IMG/VR virus record: IMGVR_UViG_3300042332_000610
Location: 1-59,651 of that record
Strand: one strand, 5' to 3'
DNA from: a virus
Lineage: Duplodnaviria > Caudoviricetes
DNA length: 59,651 bases
Part shown: positions 30,603-41,164 of the stretch, in pieces
How positions within the stretch are numbered: the stretch's first letter is position 1
How the letters are laid out: each line of letters opens with the position of its first letter
Notes under the pieces: model-generated
The model's input: only the letters and a program-made list of their open reading frames with translations
Database searches by the model: none
Told to the model about the DNA's origin: nothing
Made by a program: the position numbers and the translations under genes

Positions 30603-30611
30603 ATTATATCA
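30603..30611 (-). promoter_or_regulatory. Extended -10 promoter TGATATAAT
   Basis: Just downstream of the capsid terminator, upstream of the neck genes. Confidence 0.5.
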
Positions 30612-30624
30612 TTCATAAATAGAT

Positions 30625-30654
30625 GAAGGGGAGACAAATTAATGCCTCCCCTCC
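30625..30654 (-). terminator. Intrinsic terminator after the major capsid gene
   Basis: Minus strand GGAGGGGAGGCA-TTAATT-TGTCTCCCCTTC. Confidence 0.7.
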
Positions 30655-30668
30655 AAAATTGACTATAA

Positions 30669-31664
30669 TTAGTCTTGCATGAATGCTACTGCATCAGTTT
30701 CTTCAACTGCTACACCAAAGCGTAGGAATACGGTATATTCTACTGTATCCTTCTTTGGCTTGAACTCACGGTGTACTGTTACGTCTCTCTGGAAGCCCCA
30801 GATGCGGTTTTCTGGGAATGTAAGTGATACATAACCAGCTGGCATCAAAGGAACTTCAACCAATGGAAGACCTAGAACACGGTATGCGATTGGGCTACCA
30901 AGGGTCTGCGGAGCAGAGCCATCAATAACACGCTCAACGATACGCTCTGAATTCAAGTTACCAGAAGAACCAAGACCGTTTACAATTGCTGCAACGGTTT
31001 CAGTGTCTGCATAGAACTTCATGTTTGAACGGGAACCACGGTACTTACGAGGCATTGCAAGAACAAGTCCCTGCAAACTTTCGATAGTTGTACCGTAAGT
31101 TGCTGAATTACCATCGGCTTCGATTGATACGAATCCTTCAAGGATGTTCAGGAAGTTGTTTGTACCAGTTCCTGTACCATTGATGGCTAGATCTTCAAGA
31201 TCGTTAGCAAACGCACGAGTCATGGTACGGACCAAGTGATCCTCCAGACCTGCACCTTCGATATTATCTTCAAGAGCTTCAGTCGAAACTTCCCAATCAA
31301 GACGAATCTTCTTGGTTGTAAGAGTAACCTTTGTGAACTGAACATCAGCGTTAGTGTAGGTTGCATCAGCCTGGGCTGCTGCACGAATTACACGTTCTCC
31401 AACATTCATTTTCTCAAGCTCAGTTGTGTTAGCTCTCATTGTGACTCTACGACCATCTTGGGCTAGAACCTGCTGTTCAAAGATATACTCAATAAACTGA
31501 CGTGACTGTTCAGGCTGCAAAATACCGCCATCAGACACTAGATCACCAACTGGGTTAGTATTGTCAAGAATTCCAGCTGCTGGAGTGCTTACTCCACCAA
31601 TACCACCAGATGCGATAGTACCAGCTGCAGCCGCTTTTTCTAAAATTTCATTATTTTCTGTCAT
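30669..31664 (-). CDS. Major capsid protein (HK97 fold)
   Basis: GGILQPEQSRQFI, VSTEALEDNIEG, DLEDLAINGTG; follows the protease-scaffold gene; GGAGGTG RBS and terminator. Confidence 0.92.
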   Translation of the reverse strand: MTENNEILEKAAAAGTIASGGIGGVSTPAAGILDNTNPVGDLVSDGGILQPEQSRQFIEYIFEQQVLAQDGRRVTMRANTTELEKMNVGERVIRAAAQADATYTNADVQFTKVTLTTKKIRLDWEVSTEALEDNIEGAGLEDHLVRTMTRAFANDLEDLAINGTGTGTNNFLNILEGFVSIEADGNSATYGTTIESLQGLVLAMPRKYRGSRSNMKFYADTETVAAIVNGLGSSGNLNSERIVERVIDGSAPQTLGSPIAYRVLGLPLVEVPLMPAGYVSLTFPENRIWGFQRDVTVHREFKPKKDTVEYTVFLRFGVAVEETDAVAFMQD

Positions 31665-31688
31665 TTTTTATTTCACCTCCAGTTTCTC

Positions 31689-33083
31689 TTAATGATATAG
31701 GTCAGCGGAATTTAGGAAACGTCCACCCCACATAGACCCTTTTCTTATTGTATTGCCCTGAACGATCCCGCCAAGATCGCCAGACTTACGGACAGCGGTA
31801 TCGTCTTCTAGACCATCCACACGCTTTCCAAACTCTTCAAGACTGCCTCTTACTCCAGCAACTTCTTCTGCTACTGTGGCGTGACCCTTTTTAAGGTCTG
31901 CAATCTCTTCATTTAGTGACTTAATTGTTGAAACAAGTTCACTCACTGCCTCTGTTACTGAAACCTTAATTTCGTCAACAGCTTTTACAAGCTCAGAATC
32001 AGCTGAATCTGTTTCAACAACAGACTTTTCAACTTCAACGTCATCGGAAGCTTCTTCTGCAATTTCTTCTGCAGGTGCTTCTTCTGGATCAGCAGACTTA
32101 ACTACTGTTTCCTCAACAGCGTCAACTGCGTCAACTGACTTTTCTACGGTTTCTTCGGCAGGAGCTTCAGCAACAACTTCTTCAGTTGCAACTTCTTCAA
32201 CGGTCTCTTCTACTACTGTATTATCTTCTGACACGTTGTTCTCCTCCTCTATATTGTTTTTAACAATTGACGCATTATTGTCAATCGCTGATTCAAGCGT
32301 TTCGCCTGAAGTTTCTGGGGTTTCGGAAACATCTTCAGATTTAGCAAGGTCTGTAGAACCAATAAACTTATTTAAAATTGATTTAACTGTCATAGCTTTT
32401 TCTGTATCCTTTGTCTCAACAAAACCAATATTTTTCATACTGACTTCACATGATGGGCAACTTGAATCGTCAACTTCTGAAAGTCTGACGATACCGTCAT
32501 TCTCACACCAGTAGACATTTTCAAAGTCTGCTTTTGCAATTATACCATCTATTTGTTCATCATTGTTAACTTTTTGAATTGACACGACATTTGCAAATTG
32601 ATTTGCTGGATTATCTACCAAAGATAGTTCATGAAGTTCATAATCTTTAACAATTCTAATTGTCTTATCAATGTTTTCATCCCAGCTATTTTCTGAATCT
32701 TTAATTACTCCACCAATGGAAAAGCCTGAGAGAGTGCCATCAAGAACTTTTTCCCAAGTATCCTGAGCACCCTTAGAAATATATGCATCTACATAGACAC
32801 CATTATAAAGTTTGTCTGTATTCTTATCAAAGAATTTTTCTTGTCTAAAATTAACAACCTTGCCAACTGCAATAGCTTGATGCATTTCTCTCAAGTTGCC
32901 ACGGAATGTTTCAAAAGCCTTTATACTTACATCAGTAGGAACAATGTCTGCTTGCTTGTCAATGTTATCAAGCGTGGCAAATCCAGAAACGATTCTACGC
33001 TCTACATCCACTTTAGCAATTGGCATTGATAACTTGATATCATCGTTATCTGATGTCCAATAAGCCTTGCTTAAATTAGTCAT
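31689..33083 (-). CDS. Prohead protease fused to an acidic scaffold domain
   Basis: RIVSGFAT, DKQAD, LREMH, GFSIGG, ELSLVDNPAN (HK97-type protease) followed by a Glu/Val/Ala-rich coil. Confidence 0.9.
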   Translation of the reverse strand: MTNLSKAYWTSDNDDIKLSMPIAKVDVERRIVSGFATLDNIDKQADIVPTDVSIKAFETFRGNLREMHQAIAVGKVVNFRQEKFFDKNTDKLYNGVYVDAYISKGAQDTWEKVLDGTLSGFSIGGVIKDSENSWDENIDKTIRIVKDYELHELSLVDNPANQFANVVSIQKVNNDEQIDGIIAKADFENVYWCENDGIVRLSEVDDSSCPSCEVSMKNIGFVETKDTEKAMTVKSILNKFIGSTDLAKSEDVSETPETSGETLESAIDNNASIVKNNIEEENNVSEDNTVVEETVEEVATEEVVAEAPAEETVEKSVDAVDAVEETVVKSADPEEAPAEEIAEEASDDVEVEKSVVETDSADSELVKAVDEIKVSVTEAVSELVSTIKSLNEEIADLKKGHATVAEEVAGVRGSLEEFGKRVDGLEDDTAVRKSGDLGGIVQGNTIRKGSMWGGRFLNSADLYH

Positions 33084-33132
33084 GTTATTCCTATTATATA
33101 TGTATTTTTTATATCTTTATAATATTGTTATA

Positions 33133-34692
33133 TTATACTACAGATCTTCCTTCGCCACCAGGATTTCTTCCTGTTGTGGTTGCAGTTGAATCAGATGCTT
33201 GATCAGTTCTTTGCTGATCTCTTTGTCTTGTTCCAGCCATTTGAGCATTTTGCTCTGCACGTTGTTGAGGGGTCATAACTACTGGAGTATCTCCTTGTGG
33301 AACTACTGGGAGTCCAAGTCTAGGTCTGATATCGTTTGGAACAACAACTTGTGCTCTTAGATATCTTTCATCAATTTGACTTTGAGTATTTTCATCAGTC
33401 AAAGTTAGTTCATTAAACTTTAGTAAAAGAATATCTGTCTTCTCTTTAATAAGTTTGTTGATTGTTTTTTCTAAATTCTTTTGGGCTGGTCTTGCTACCT
33501 GTTCTTTAAATGTTCTGTCTGAAACAAGTGCAGAGGCAATTGAGCTACCAGGATCTGATCCAACTTTTGAAATTGGAACTTGATGTGCCATAAGGATATC
33601 ATGAACATTTGAAGTTCTATACTTATCAAATGATCCTTCTTGAATTCCATTTTCAACTGGCTCCATTTTAAATTCAACCTTGTTGTCTGGACCATCTCCA
33701 GGAAGTGGGATGTAAAGGGTTCTATGATTTTGTCCACGAAGACCAGACTGTAGGAATCTAAATAATTTGTCTTCTGCTTCTGAACTTAGCTTTGCACCTT
33801 TTAGTGTAACAATATATCTTGGCACTGCTTTGTTTTCAAAATAATCAATATTGTATCTTGCAGCAAGCTGGTCTCCAACTACTGAAGTTGCAGCAGACAC
33901 AACATCTGGAACTCCATAGTAAGTATTTTTTGGACTATATTTTTTAATATGAATAAGTTCATTTGGTCGTGAGTCTGTGGTTACAGGATTTACTGTTTTT
34001 GTGTCTTGAAAGTTTTTAAAGAAAACAACTCTTTGATTTACAATCTGAACATAACCATCACGCATACGTCTTACACGAACTGTTGTTGCAGGAATGTGAC
34101 CGATATAGCCAATTTCTCCAGTATTCTTTCTTCCAATTTCAATGTATCCATTTCCAGTTGCTTCATAGTCTGTCATTGCTTTTTCAAGGACGTGGGTAAA
34201 AGTATCTTCATCATTTAATTCTTCAAGCCAATTGCTTAATTCAGACTTAGCTCTTTCAACTTTTCTCTGGGCTCTAACTCTTTGATTAACATCTTCAATC
34301 TCTTCTATTCTTGCTTTAACAATATCAGACATTATAAAACCGTATCCAAGACCAACTGTGTTTGCAACCTTTGCATTAATTGCAGCGTGGTTTGCAAAAG
34401 AATTATCAAAAAAGAATGCTAATTCATCAAGATTATAAGGTGGCAACACGACATCAAAAAGACCATAGGCTGTGGTTACGTCTTGCTCTGGAAATAATTG
34501 CTTAGACTTTACACCATCTTGACCAGTGTAAGCCTTGTTCATTCTTGTAATTCTGCGTTTAAAGTTTGCATCTATACCATCAAAACCTTTTACAAGGTCT
34601 GCTTCAGTCATAAAGTCATCTGTCTTATTTGCAGATGGTTTGTTCTTGTCTAGATTATCAATTCTAGCAATAACTTCATCAGTCATTTCCAT
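33133..34692 (-). CDS. Portal protein
   Basis: DYEATGNGYIE, ELIHIK...YYGVP, YFENKAVP, HQVPISKVG, NDIRPRLGLP. Confidence 0.92.
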   Translation of the reverse strand: MEMTDEVIARIDNLDKNKPSANKTDDFMTEADLVKGFDGIDANFKRRITRMNKAYTGQDGVKSKQLFPEQDVTTAYGLFDVVLPPYNLDELAFFFDNSFANHAAINAKVANTVGLGYGFIMSDIVKARIEEIEDVNQRVRAQRKVERAKSELSNWLEELNDEDTFTHVLEKAMTDYEATGNGYIEIGRKNTGEIGYIGHIPATTVRVRRMRDGYVQIVNQRVVFFKNFQDTKTVNPVTTDSRPNELIHIKKYSPKNTYYGVPDVVSAATSVVGDQLAARYNIDYFENKAVPRYIVTLKGAKLSSEAEDKLFRFLQSGLRGQNHRTLYIPLPGDGPDNKVEFKMEPVENGIQEGSFDKYRTSNVHDILMAHQVPISKVGSDPGSSIASALVSDRTFKEQVARPAQKNLEKTINKLIKEKTDILLLKFNELTLTDENTQSQIDERYLRAQVVVPNDIRPRLGLPVVPQGDTPVVMTPQQRAEQNAQMAGTRQRDQQRTDQASDSTATTTGRNPGGEGRSVV

Positions 34693-35050
34693 GTTTTTTT
34701 AGCCCCTTTGCAGCGTCCATGAAAGCTCCAGTATCAAACTCACTTGGTATGTAGCCTTGTTTCATTCTATCAATTTGAACAGAATGTTCCTCTTCAGTAA
34801 TTCTTGTAACTCCTGGCATAAATACTGCCTTTCCTGGACCAGCACCATAGTGTGCTGCAGCCTGTGTAATTCTATTAATAGCGGTTAAGTCATATTTTCT
34901 GGCTGGAATATTCATAAAACTTCCATTACCATCTCCAAACACTCTTCCTGTTTCTGTTTTCCAAACATATAAACCATATTCAGCATCGTTTTCAACGTAG
35001 CTTACTTTTGGCTTGTTTGGCAGTTTTTGTAATCCTTCTAGATAATCCAT
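34679..35050 (-). CDS. Hypothetical protein upstream of the portal
   Basis: 123 aa; TGGTACAAT lies 6 nt before the ATG. Confidence 0.7.
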   Translation of the reverse strand: MDYLEGLQKLPNKPKVSYVENDAEYGLYVWKTETGRVFGDGNGSFMNIPARKYDLTAINRITQAAAHYGAGPGKAVFMPGVTRITEEEHSVQIDRMKQGYIPSEFDTGAFMDAAKGLKKHGND

Positions 35051-35076
35051 GACATCATTGTACCATAATATCTAAC

Positions 35077-38000
35077 TTAAACCAAATATTGATCCCAAGA
35101 TATGTCATTTATTATTACAACAGAGTCCTGAGTAACATTTATAATACTGCTATCATTTACAACTCCAGAGGACAGACCAGCATAAGTATTAAAAATTTCT
35201 TTTGCATCTAAAGAAAGAATGGTTACTTCCAAAGGTTCTTCAGCTAAAACTGTTGTCCATGTTGCAGATGCAGCCTTTGTGCCCCAAGTGTAATCATCAA
35301 CAAGATTCCATTCGTCAAAAATAACCAAGTCTTGTTTAATAGGATTTAACTCCATAAAGCTTGCAACATTATCTACCTTTACTCCAGAATATATTTCAAT
35401 TTCACCAACAACTCCATCTAAAAGTATTGAATTTTCTTGTAAAGATATAGCAATATAGTTCCAAGATAGGGGTTCAATAACTATATTATTTACAAAATTT
35501 CCATTTAAAAAGAATTTGGCATTAGTAAATTCTGCACCAGTATTAGAATTAAAAATATTTAAAAAGGCTCTTCTTCCATTGCCTTCAGGGGTTAAAATAA
35601 TGTCGTACGAATCACCAGAGCCAAATATTCTACCAATTTTTTTTCTTTCAGTAAATAAGCTAGACTCGTTACACATTAAGAACATTTGCAGTCCAACTAC
35701 TTCTTGATTATCTTTTAGTGAATCGTTTATTGGAATAGCAATTCCTTTTACCAAAGTTTCATCTACAACTGGTAAAACTTCTATTCCAGAGTCCCCACTT
35801 AAATATAGATATGGAGATGATTCAGTATTAATAACCACTGGAATTTTTCTTTTATAAACATATTGATCTTCATTTTTAACTATTGGATAAAATTTTCCTG
35901 CAGCAGGAGTATTTATTGAATAGAATTGTCCTTCATCAAAAGAAAGTGAGACAAGTCCCATATTTTTAATTTTTACATTTTCTGTATTTACTCCCTTAGA
36001 AGAAATTTCAATATGAATAGTTATGTAGTAGTTAGTAAAACCAGATATATCTTTTGGTGGATAAATAATAGTTCCATCATTAATCTTATACTTGGTATCT
36101 CCTCTAGTAGCTCTACCTCCAGCAGTTGTAGAAGTTGGGGAACCTGACTCTTGTGTTAAAGTAACGGTAAAACTTGAAGAATTTGCAGTTGCAACAGTTA
36201 CTTTAGAAAGATTAAAGTTATTAGGAGAACACCCAGTAATAGTGACTATATCGCCAGCAGAAAAAGTATTGGCTGCTATAAAAGTATAAGTTCCAGCCGA
36301 ATAACTTGCACTTGTAATAGTAGTTGTAACTGGTCCAATTACATTTCCTAAATCTAAAATTCTATTCATTCCAATATTTTCTACATTTGTAAACTGAGTG
36401 TATACTACATTTCCCAGTTCAATTATGTTTTGTAATGTTATATAAACTTTTGTTGATAAAGAATCTTGATAATTTGAAGATGTTTCATTATACTTTGAAA
36501 ATATTGAGCTTGGTGTGTCAATGTTAAACTGCAATAAATCTAAGTCATATTTTAATTTACCATTAGCTTGGGTTATATATTTTCCAAAATAAGATAGAGG
36601 TATTGAATTTTCCCAATACCCTGAAGCTCCTACATCTAAAACTATTGAAGTGTTTGTTGTTTTTGGCAGCAAGGTATACGATCCAATATAGTCATAAAGT
36701 TCTGAACTAAAGTTTTTAATTGCTATTCCAGAGTTGTTAAATATTTGAGACCCGTCTTTATCTGTAAAAAAGTCATTATTAAGTGTTAAAGAAAATATTT
36801 TTCCAAGGAATGTTTGTTCCTGATTTCCCGCAAAATTTAGAGAAAGAGATTCTGGTTTTGAAAAGAAAGATCCTACAGTTGAGTAATAAGATTGCTCAAT
36901 TTTATCAAAATCAATGCCAACTGCAAAGTAAGAGCTTGCACCAACAAGTGCTGAATTTAAAATAGTTTCATTATAAATATATTGAATACTTCCAGAGTTT
37001 ATTGCTACTTCAAAAGTATTTCCGTCAAAATTATTTGAAATGTACATCAAAGATTGTCTATCTGAAACGTTATTTGAAGATTTTAATATTGAATGAATAG
37101 ACCTTGTTTGATTTCCAGTTTGATTTAATTTTGAAAAATAAATTGTTCCATAAGAATTATTTGATAAGTATGTGCCATTTGGATCCATTGAAATGTATGG
37201 ATAGTCTTCATCTTGAATTGCATAATTTTCTTCATAGAATCCTGAAGTAATTAAAGATTTTTGAAAAACTGTTGATGATGAATTGTTATTAAATATGATT
37301 TCTGGTAATTCATATTTTGGTAAAGTAATGCCTTTATTATCTGCTACAAGGTTATTATAAAATCCATCATTCCACTTGCTTCTATCTGGATATTTTATTG
37401 TAGAACTGTATCCAGAAAATGGGAAATCTACATATGACAGCGTTCCATTTTTTGATGCAATAATGTTTTCCTGTTCTTGAACACCTTGTCCAAATACATA
37501 TCTTTTCTTTGCAACCTGCTCTGCAACAACGTATGGGAATATTGAAAAAGAATCTATTTCAAAAAGATATATAAATTCATTTGTATAAAACCCTAAATAG
37601 TTTTCATCTTCTTCTGTAAAGGTTGGAATATCCAAAGATTCAATTATAATTGATATTACCTTTTCTCCATTAATCATTAAGAAGATCTCATTTTGGCTCT
37701 GGCAAAAATGAACAAGCATTGGTCTGTACCATTTTCCAATAAAATAAGACTTAGTATATTTTCCAACATTTACAGTTATAAAATCTCTATCAACATATAT
37801 TCCATCTTCTGACGCAAGTGGTCCAAATATTCTTCTTCTTGTAACTGTTTCAGGATTGATTCTTAACCAAAATTCTGTTGTAAGTGTTTTATTGTATCCA
37901 GTTTTATTCAAAAATCCTTTTCCAGGAAATACCAGAGATGGGAATTTATAATACTGTTCAGAGTCTAAGTATATAGAAGAATTTCCTCCATCAAGAAATT

Positions 38001-38904
38001 CTGCATAGGATGATGAAGCAGATCCTCCATCAAACAATAGTTCTTCTAGGGAAGACCCATCAACTAGTAGCTCATTTACACTTATGGCATCTTTATTTAA
38101 TTTAATGTTTCCAGAAGAGCCATAAACCATTGGGATAGATGATAACTTTGCAAAAAGAGAATTATTTACAGATAAAACATATCCATTGTCTGAAGCATCA
38201 TTAAAACCATAAGGATCTATAATGGTACTTTTTATTTCTCCAGGAAAGTCTATTAAAGAGCTAATTTCGTTTGGCAAGACAACCAAAGAAGCACTAGAAA
38301 TTCCAGTACTTATTGAATTATAAGGCTCAGACCATTGTGCAAAAGATACTCCATTAAAATAAACAGAAGAATTACTTTCTCCAGCAATAGTATCTGGATC
38401 ATATACCACCCTTATAAAAATGGAAAAGCTTTCTCCACCCAAGGGTTCTGTGTGTGAAATTTTTTCCCATATATTTGTTTTTAAGAATGAATATCTTGTA
38501 TAATACTCTTGCCCATCTATAATAAGTCCTATGTCTGTATATAAAATAGAAGTTTGATCAGGAATATAAATATAGCTTGACGTACATACGCTTCCCTTGT
38601 TTGGATCAAGCTGTACATAAGATATAGAAGATGATAAAGAAACTGTAAACTCTTTTATTGCAGCTGAAGCTGTAGATAGATATAGTCTGTTTACATCCAA
38701 ATCATCAAAAGGATACCCAGATAGTGTAAATGTTGCAGATGCGTTTCTACTAGCATTGTCAAAATCCCAATTAGATTCTGTTATCTCTTTTTCTTGTTGT
38801 GAAATTAAAGAAACAAAATAATTTGGCTCATCCATAGCCCACAAAGCCACTGGATGCTCTGCATAGACTCTTGAAGCATAAAGATTTGAACTTGTGTAGG
38901 ACAT
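35077..38904 (-). CDS. Large putative virion protein with LamG/concanavalin-like character
   Basis: HPVALWAMDE start, TTEFWLR, LMINGEKVI, FLNG...SWNYIAIS; 1275 aa, beta-rich. Confidence 0.55.
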   Translation of the reverse strand: MSYTSSNLYASRVYAEHPVALWAMDEPNYFVSLISQQEKEITESNWDFDNASRNASATFTLSGYPFDDLDVNRLYLSTASAAIKEFTVSLSSSISYVQLDPNKGSVCTSSYIYIPDQTSILYTDIGLIIDGQEYYTRYSFLKTNIWEKISHTEPLGGESFSIFIRVVYDPDTIAGESNSSVYFNGVSFAQWSEPYNSISTGISSASLVVLPNEISSLIDFPGEIKSTIIDPYGFNDASDNGYVLSVNNSLFAKLSSIPMVYGSSGNIKLNKDAISVNELLVDGSSLEELLFDGGSASSSYAEFLDGGNSSIYLDSEQYYKFPSLVFPGKGFLNKTGYNKTLTTEFWLRINPETVTRRRIFGPLASEDGIYVDRDFITVNVGKYTKSYFIGKWYRPMLVHFCQSQNEIFLMINGEKVISIIIESLDIPTFTEEDENYLGFYTNEFIYLFEIDSFSIFPYVVAEQVAKKRYVFGQGVQEQENIIASKNGTLSYVDFPFSGYSSTIKYPDRSKWNDGFYNNLVADNKGITLPKYELPEIIFNNNSSSTVFQKSLITSGFYEENYAIQDEDYPYISMDPNGTYLSNNSYGTIYFSKLNQTGNQTRSIHSILKSSNNVSDRQSLMYISNNFDGNTFEVAINSGSIQYIYNETILNSALVGASSYFAVGIDFDKIEQSYYSTVGSFFSKPESLSLNFAGNQEQTFLGKIFSLTLNNDFFTDKDGSQIFNNSGIAIKNFSSELYDYIGSYTLLPKTTNTSIVLDVGASGYWENSIPLSYFGKYITQANGKLKYDLDLLQFNIDTPSSIFSKYNETSSNYQDSLSTKVYITLQNIIELGNVVYTQFTNVENIGMNRILDLGNVIGPVTTTITSASYSAGTYTFIAANTFSAGDIVTITGCSPNNFNLSKVTVATANSSSFTVTLTQESGSPTSTTAGGRATRGDTKYKINDGTIIYPPKDISGFTNYYITIHIEISSKGVNTENVKIKNMGLVSLSFDEGQFYSINTPAAGKFYPIVKNEDQYVYKRKIPVVINTESSPYLYLSGDSGIEVLPVVDETLVKGIAIPINDSLKDNQEVVGLQMFLMCNESSLFTERKKIGRIFGSGDSYDIILTPEGNGRRAFLNIFNSNTGAEFTNAKFFLNGNFVNNIVIEPLSWNYIAISLQENSILLDGVVGEIEIYSGVKVDNVASFMELNPIKQDLVIFDEWNLVDDYTWGTKAASATWTTVLAEEPLEVTILSLDAKEIFNTYAGLSSGVVNDSSIINVTQDSVVIINDISWDQYLV

Positions 38905-38935
38905 AGATTACCTCTACCCTATTTTATCATAGAGC

Positions 38936-40876
38936 TTAGCTTGTAATGTCTACAATTTCACAGGCTCCAGCAACACAAGAAAGTTCTTGACTTCCAGTTG
39001 TTCCGTCTGTTGTTTCATATAACGAAAGCATTTCCCATCGAATTGAGTCAGGCATTTTGCTTAACCATGACTCATATTCTTCTTTAGAAATTTCCTGATA
39101 TGGAGCTTGCTTGTAAGAGTGCTCTACTGATGGCAAGAACGATACTCCACCAATTGAATCAAAGTTATCAAACACCCAAGCACCAACACGCATCCACTCA
39201 TCTTCTTCAACATTTACAGTAACACTTGGATTATGTTCTGTCCAATGAGTTCTATATGTTTTCCACATTTCAAGGTGATCAATTGCAGTAAGATCTTTTG
39301 TAAGAACTGCATTCTTTGGAGCCTTGATTGGGAAGTAAAATACAGTTGTCGCTTCAGGCTTCATAACATCTGGTTCAAAAGGAATTCCAGAGTCTTTTAA
39401 AAATTGAGTTAAAGGATCTTTATTATCTGCTCTAACACTTCTAACATAGTATTCTGAATACCACGGATGGATTCCAGAAGATACCCCTGTAAGCTGTGAG
39501 ACTGTTCCTGAAGGCTTTACGCAAGTAATTGATACTGAGGGATTGATATTTAAAGACTTAGCCTCTTTATCATTTACTGAAACAGATAGATCTCTCATTT
39601 CATCAAGTAGTGCTTCCAGAGCCTTACCATTCGTAGCAGTAATCTTATTTCCATAGATTCCTGTTAGAGATACTCCAAGAAGTCTCTCCTCTTCACAATT
39701 ATCTTTCCAAGTTTTTCTAATGTACTTAAAGTTTGTCAAAGTTGACTGCCACGTTCCAAGAATTGTGGCTAGTCTTACTTTTTCAAGCAATGTTTCTTTT
39801 GTATCAGTTGCATCAATTACAACTTCAGTTAGGTTACAAAATTCATTTGGGCGAAGAAGAATTTCTCCACAAGGATTTGTTCCACCAACTAGGCTAGAGT
39901 CTCTACGACCAAATTTATCAATATGCTTACGAACAGAGTCCATGTTGTAAATACCACGCTCACCAGACTTTGACTCGTATAGGTTTCTCCATTCACGAAG
40001 GAACTGTGCAGTATTTGGCTTTGAATTGTAAACAGCAGAATTATTTGCCAAAGCTCTCTGTCCATTTCCTTCCCACCACTGTCCACTCTTTGCCTTTGCC
40101 ATTTCAAAGTCATCAAGATTAGAAAGTGAAATTAAAGCACTTCTGCGAACTCCACCAACAACAACAACTTCTCCAACTTTACACATTAGGTCGTGTGCTT
40201 CAATTGACTTTAGCTTTCTTCCTGCAGCAAGTCTAAATGTTTCAATGGTAAATTTAAATAAGTCAACAAGGGGATCTGGTCCAGAAGCTCTTCCTCCAAA
40301 TACCTTTAGTCTTGCTCCTGATGGACGAACCTTAGAAACATCCCAGTTTGGAATCTGACCTTGATAAAGAAGTGCAATCAGTTCTTTAAAGGCTTTTGCC
40401 CAGCCAAGCTTAGAGTCGTCAACAACAATAGTTGTATCTGTTTGAAAAAATGACTCAGCAATTACTGGTAGCTGATTAATATATTTTTGTTCAACACTAA
40501 ATCCAACACCAGTTCCATTCATTAAGATGTACATTGCCTCATCAAAGGCTCTGGGGCTATCTACAGAGATGAAGGAGCAATTGTAGGCTGCGATATGGTC
40601 TCTTTCTAAAGCAGGTCCAGCGGTCATCAGTGCCCTCATAGAAGGCATTATGTGATGATTTAAAATTGCTTCTCTAACTTCATTAAAAACTTTTGCATTT
40701 GGGCTATAGCCGTGATTAAGAACTAGATGATCTCTCATAAAGTTACAGTATCTGTCAACAGTCTCCTGCCACGTTTCTCTGCGGTTTTCGCTTTCAATCC
40801 AGCGAGCATACCTTGAGATATGAATAAAGTTGCGGTATGGATCTGTTATAGATCCGTTGGAGTCAATAAATGACAT
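38936..40876 (-). CDS. nrdJ: Class II (adenosylcobalamin-dependent) ribonucleotide reductase
   Basis: PSMRALMTAG, YNCSF, GGVRRSALI, GTNPCGEI, TCVKPSGTVSQL, C-terminal CVAGAC; no beta-subunit gene nearby; start moved to ATG 40876. Confidence 0.92.
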   Translation of the reverse strand: MSFIDSNGSITDPYRNFIHISRYARWIESENRRETWQETVDRYCNFMRDHLVLNHGYSPNAKVFNEVREAILNHHIMPSMRALMTAGPALERDHIAAYNCSFISVDSPRAFDEAMYILMNGTGVGFSVEQKYINQLPVIAESFFQTDTTIVVDDSKLGWAKAFKELIALLYQGQIPNWDVSKVRPSGARLKVFGGRASGPDPLVDLFKFTIETFRLAAGRKLKSIEAHDLMCKVGEVVVVGGVRRSALISLSNLDDFEMAKAKSGQWWEGNGQRALANNSAVYNSKPNTAQFLREWRNLYESKSGERGIYNMDSVRKHIDKFGRRDSSLVGGTNPCGEILLRPNEFCNLTEVVIDATDTKETLLEKVRLATILGTWQSTLTNFKYIRKTWKDNCEEERLLGVSLTGIYGNKITATNGKALEALLDEMRDLSVSVNDKEAKSLNINPSVSITCVKPSGTVSQLTGVSSGIHPWYSEYYVRSVRADNKDPLTQFLKDSGIPFEPDVMKPEATTVFYFPIKAPKNAVLTKDLTAIDHLEMWKTYRTHWTEHNPSVTVNVEEDEWMRVGAWVFDNFDSIGGVSFLPSVEHSYKQAPYQEISKEEYESWLSKMPDSIRWEMLSLYETTDGTTGSQELSCVAGACEIVDITS

Positions 40877-40942
40877 TTTGTAACACGTCCTTCTGATAAA
40901 ATGTAATAGATACATTCTACACGAGTATTCAAGGAGAAGCAA

Positions 40943-41164
40943 ATGGATCTAACAATTCAAGAGGTTAATCACTATAACAATCTTGTAAAAAATAATAAAG
41001 CATTAAAAATAGAATGTCAATTTGATAAAGAAGATACAATTATTTCTAGAGTTGACAGTAGTGATAAAGTTTTCTTTTATTGTCTTGGATGCAGATCATC
41101 TTTTTATCCAGGAATTAATTTAGTACAAAGAATTAAAGGATATATTTCTTTATCTACTTCTTAA
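40943..41164 (+). CDS. Small plus-strand hypothetical protein with Cys motif
   Basis: AAGGAG RBS; ECQFD...YCLGC; fills an intergenic gap. Confidence 0.65.
   Translation: MDLTIQEVNHYNNLVKNNKALKIECQFDKEDTIISRVDSSDKVFFYCLGCRSSFYPGINLVQRIKGYISLSTS

Noticed and set aside
40877-40942. ORF-track N-terminal extensions (NrdJ; also the 971, 28390, 29069, 41732, 52950 and 53979 starts)
   Set aside because: Downstream ATG/GTG starts fit RBS, promoter spacing or stop-start coupling better
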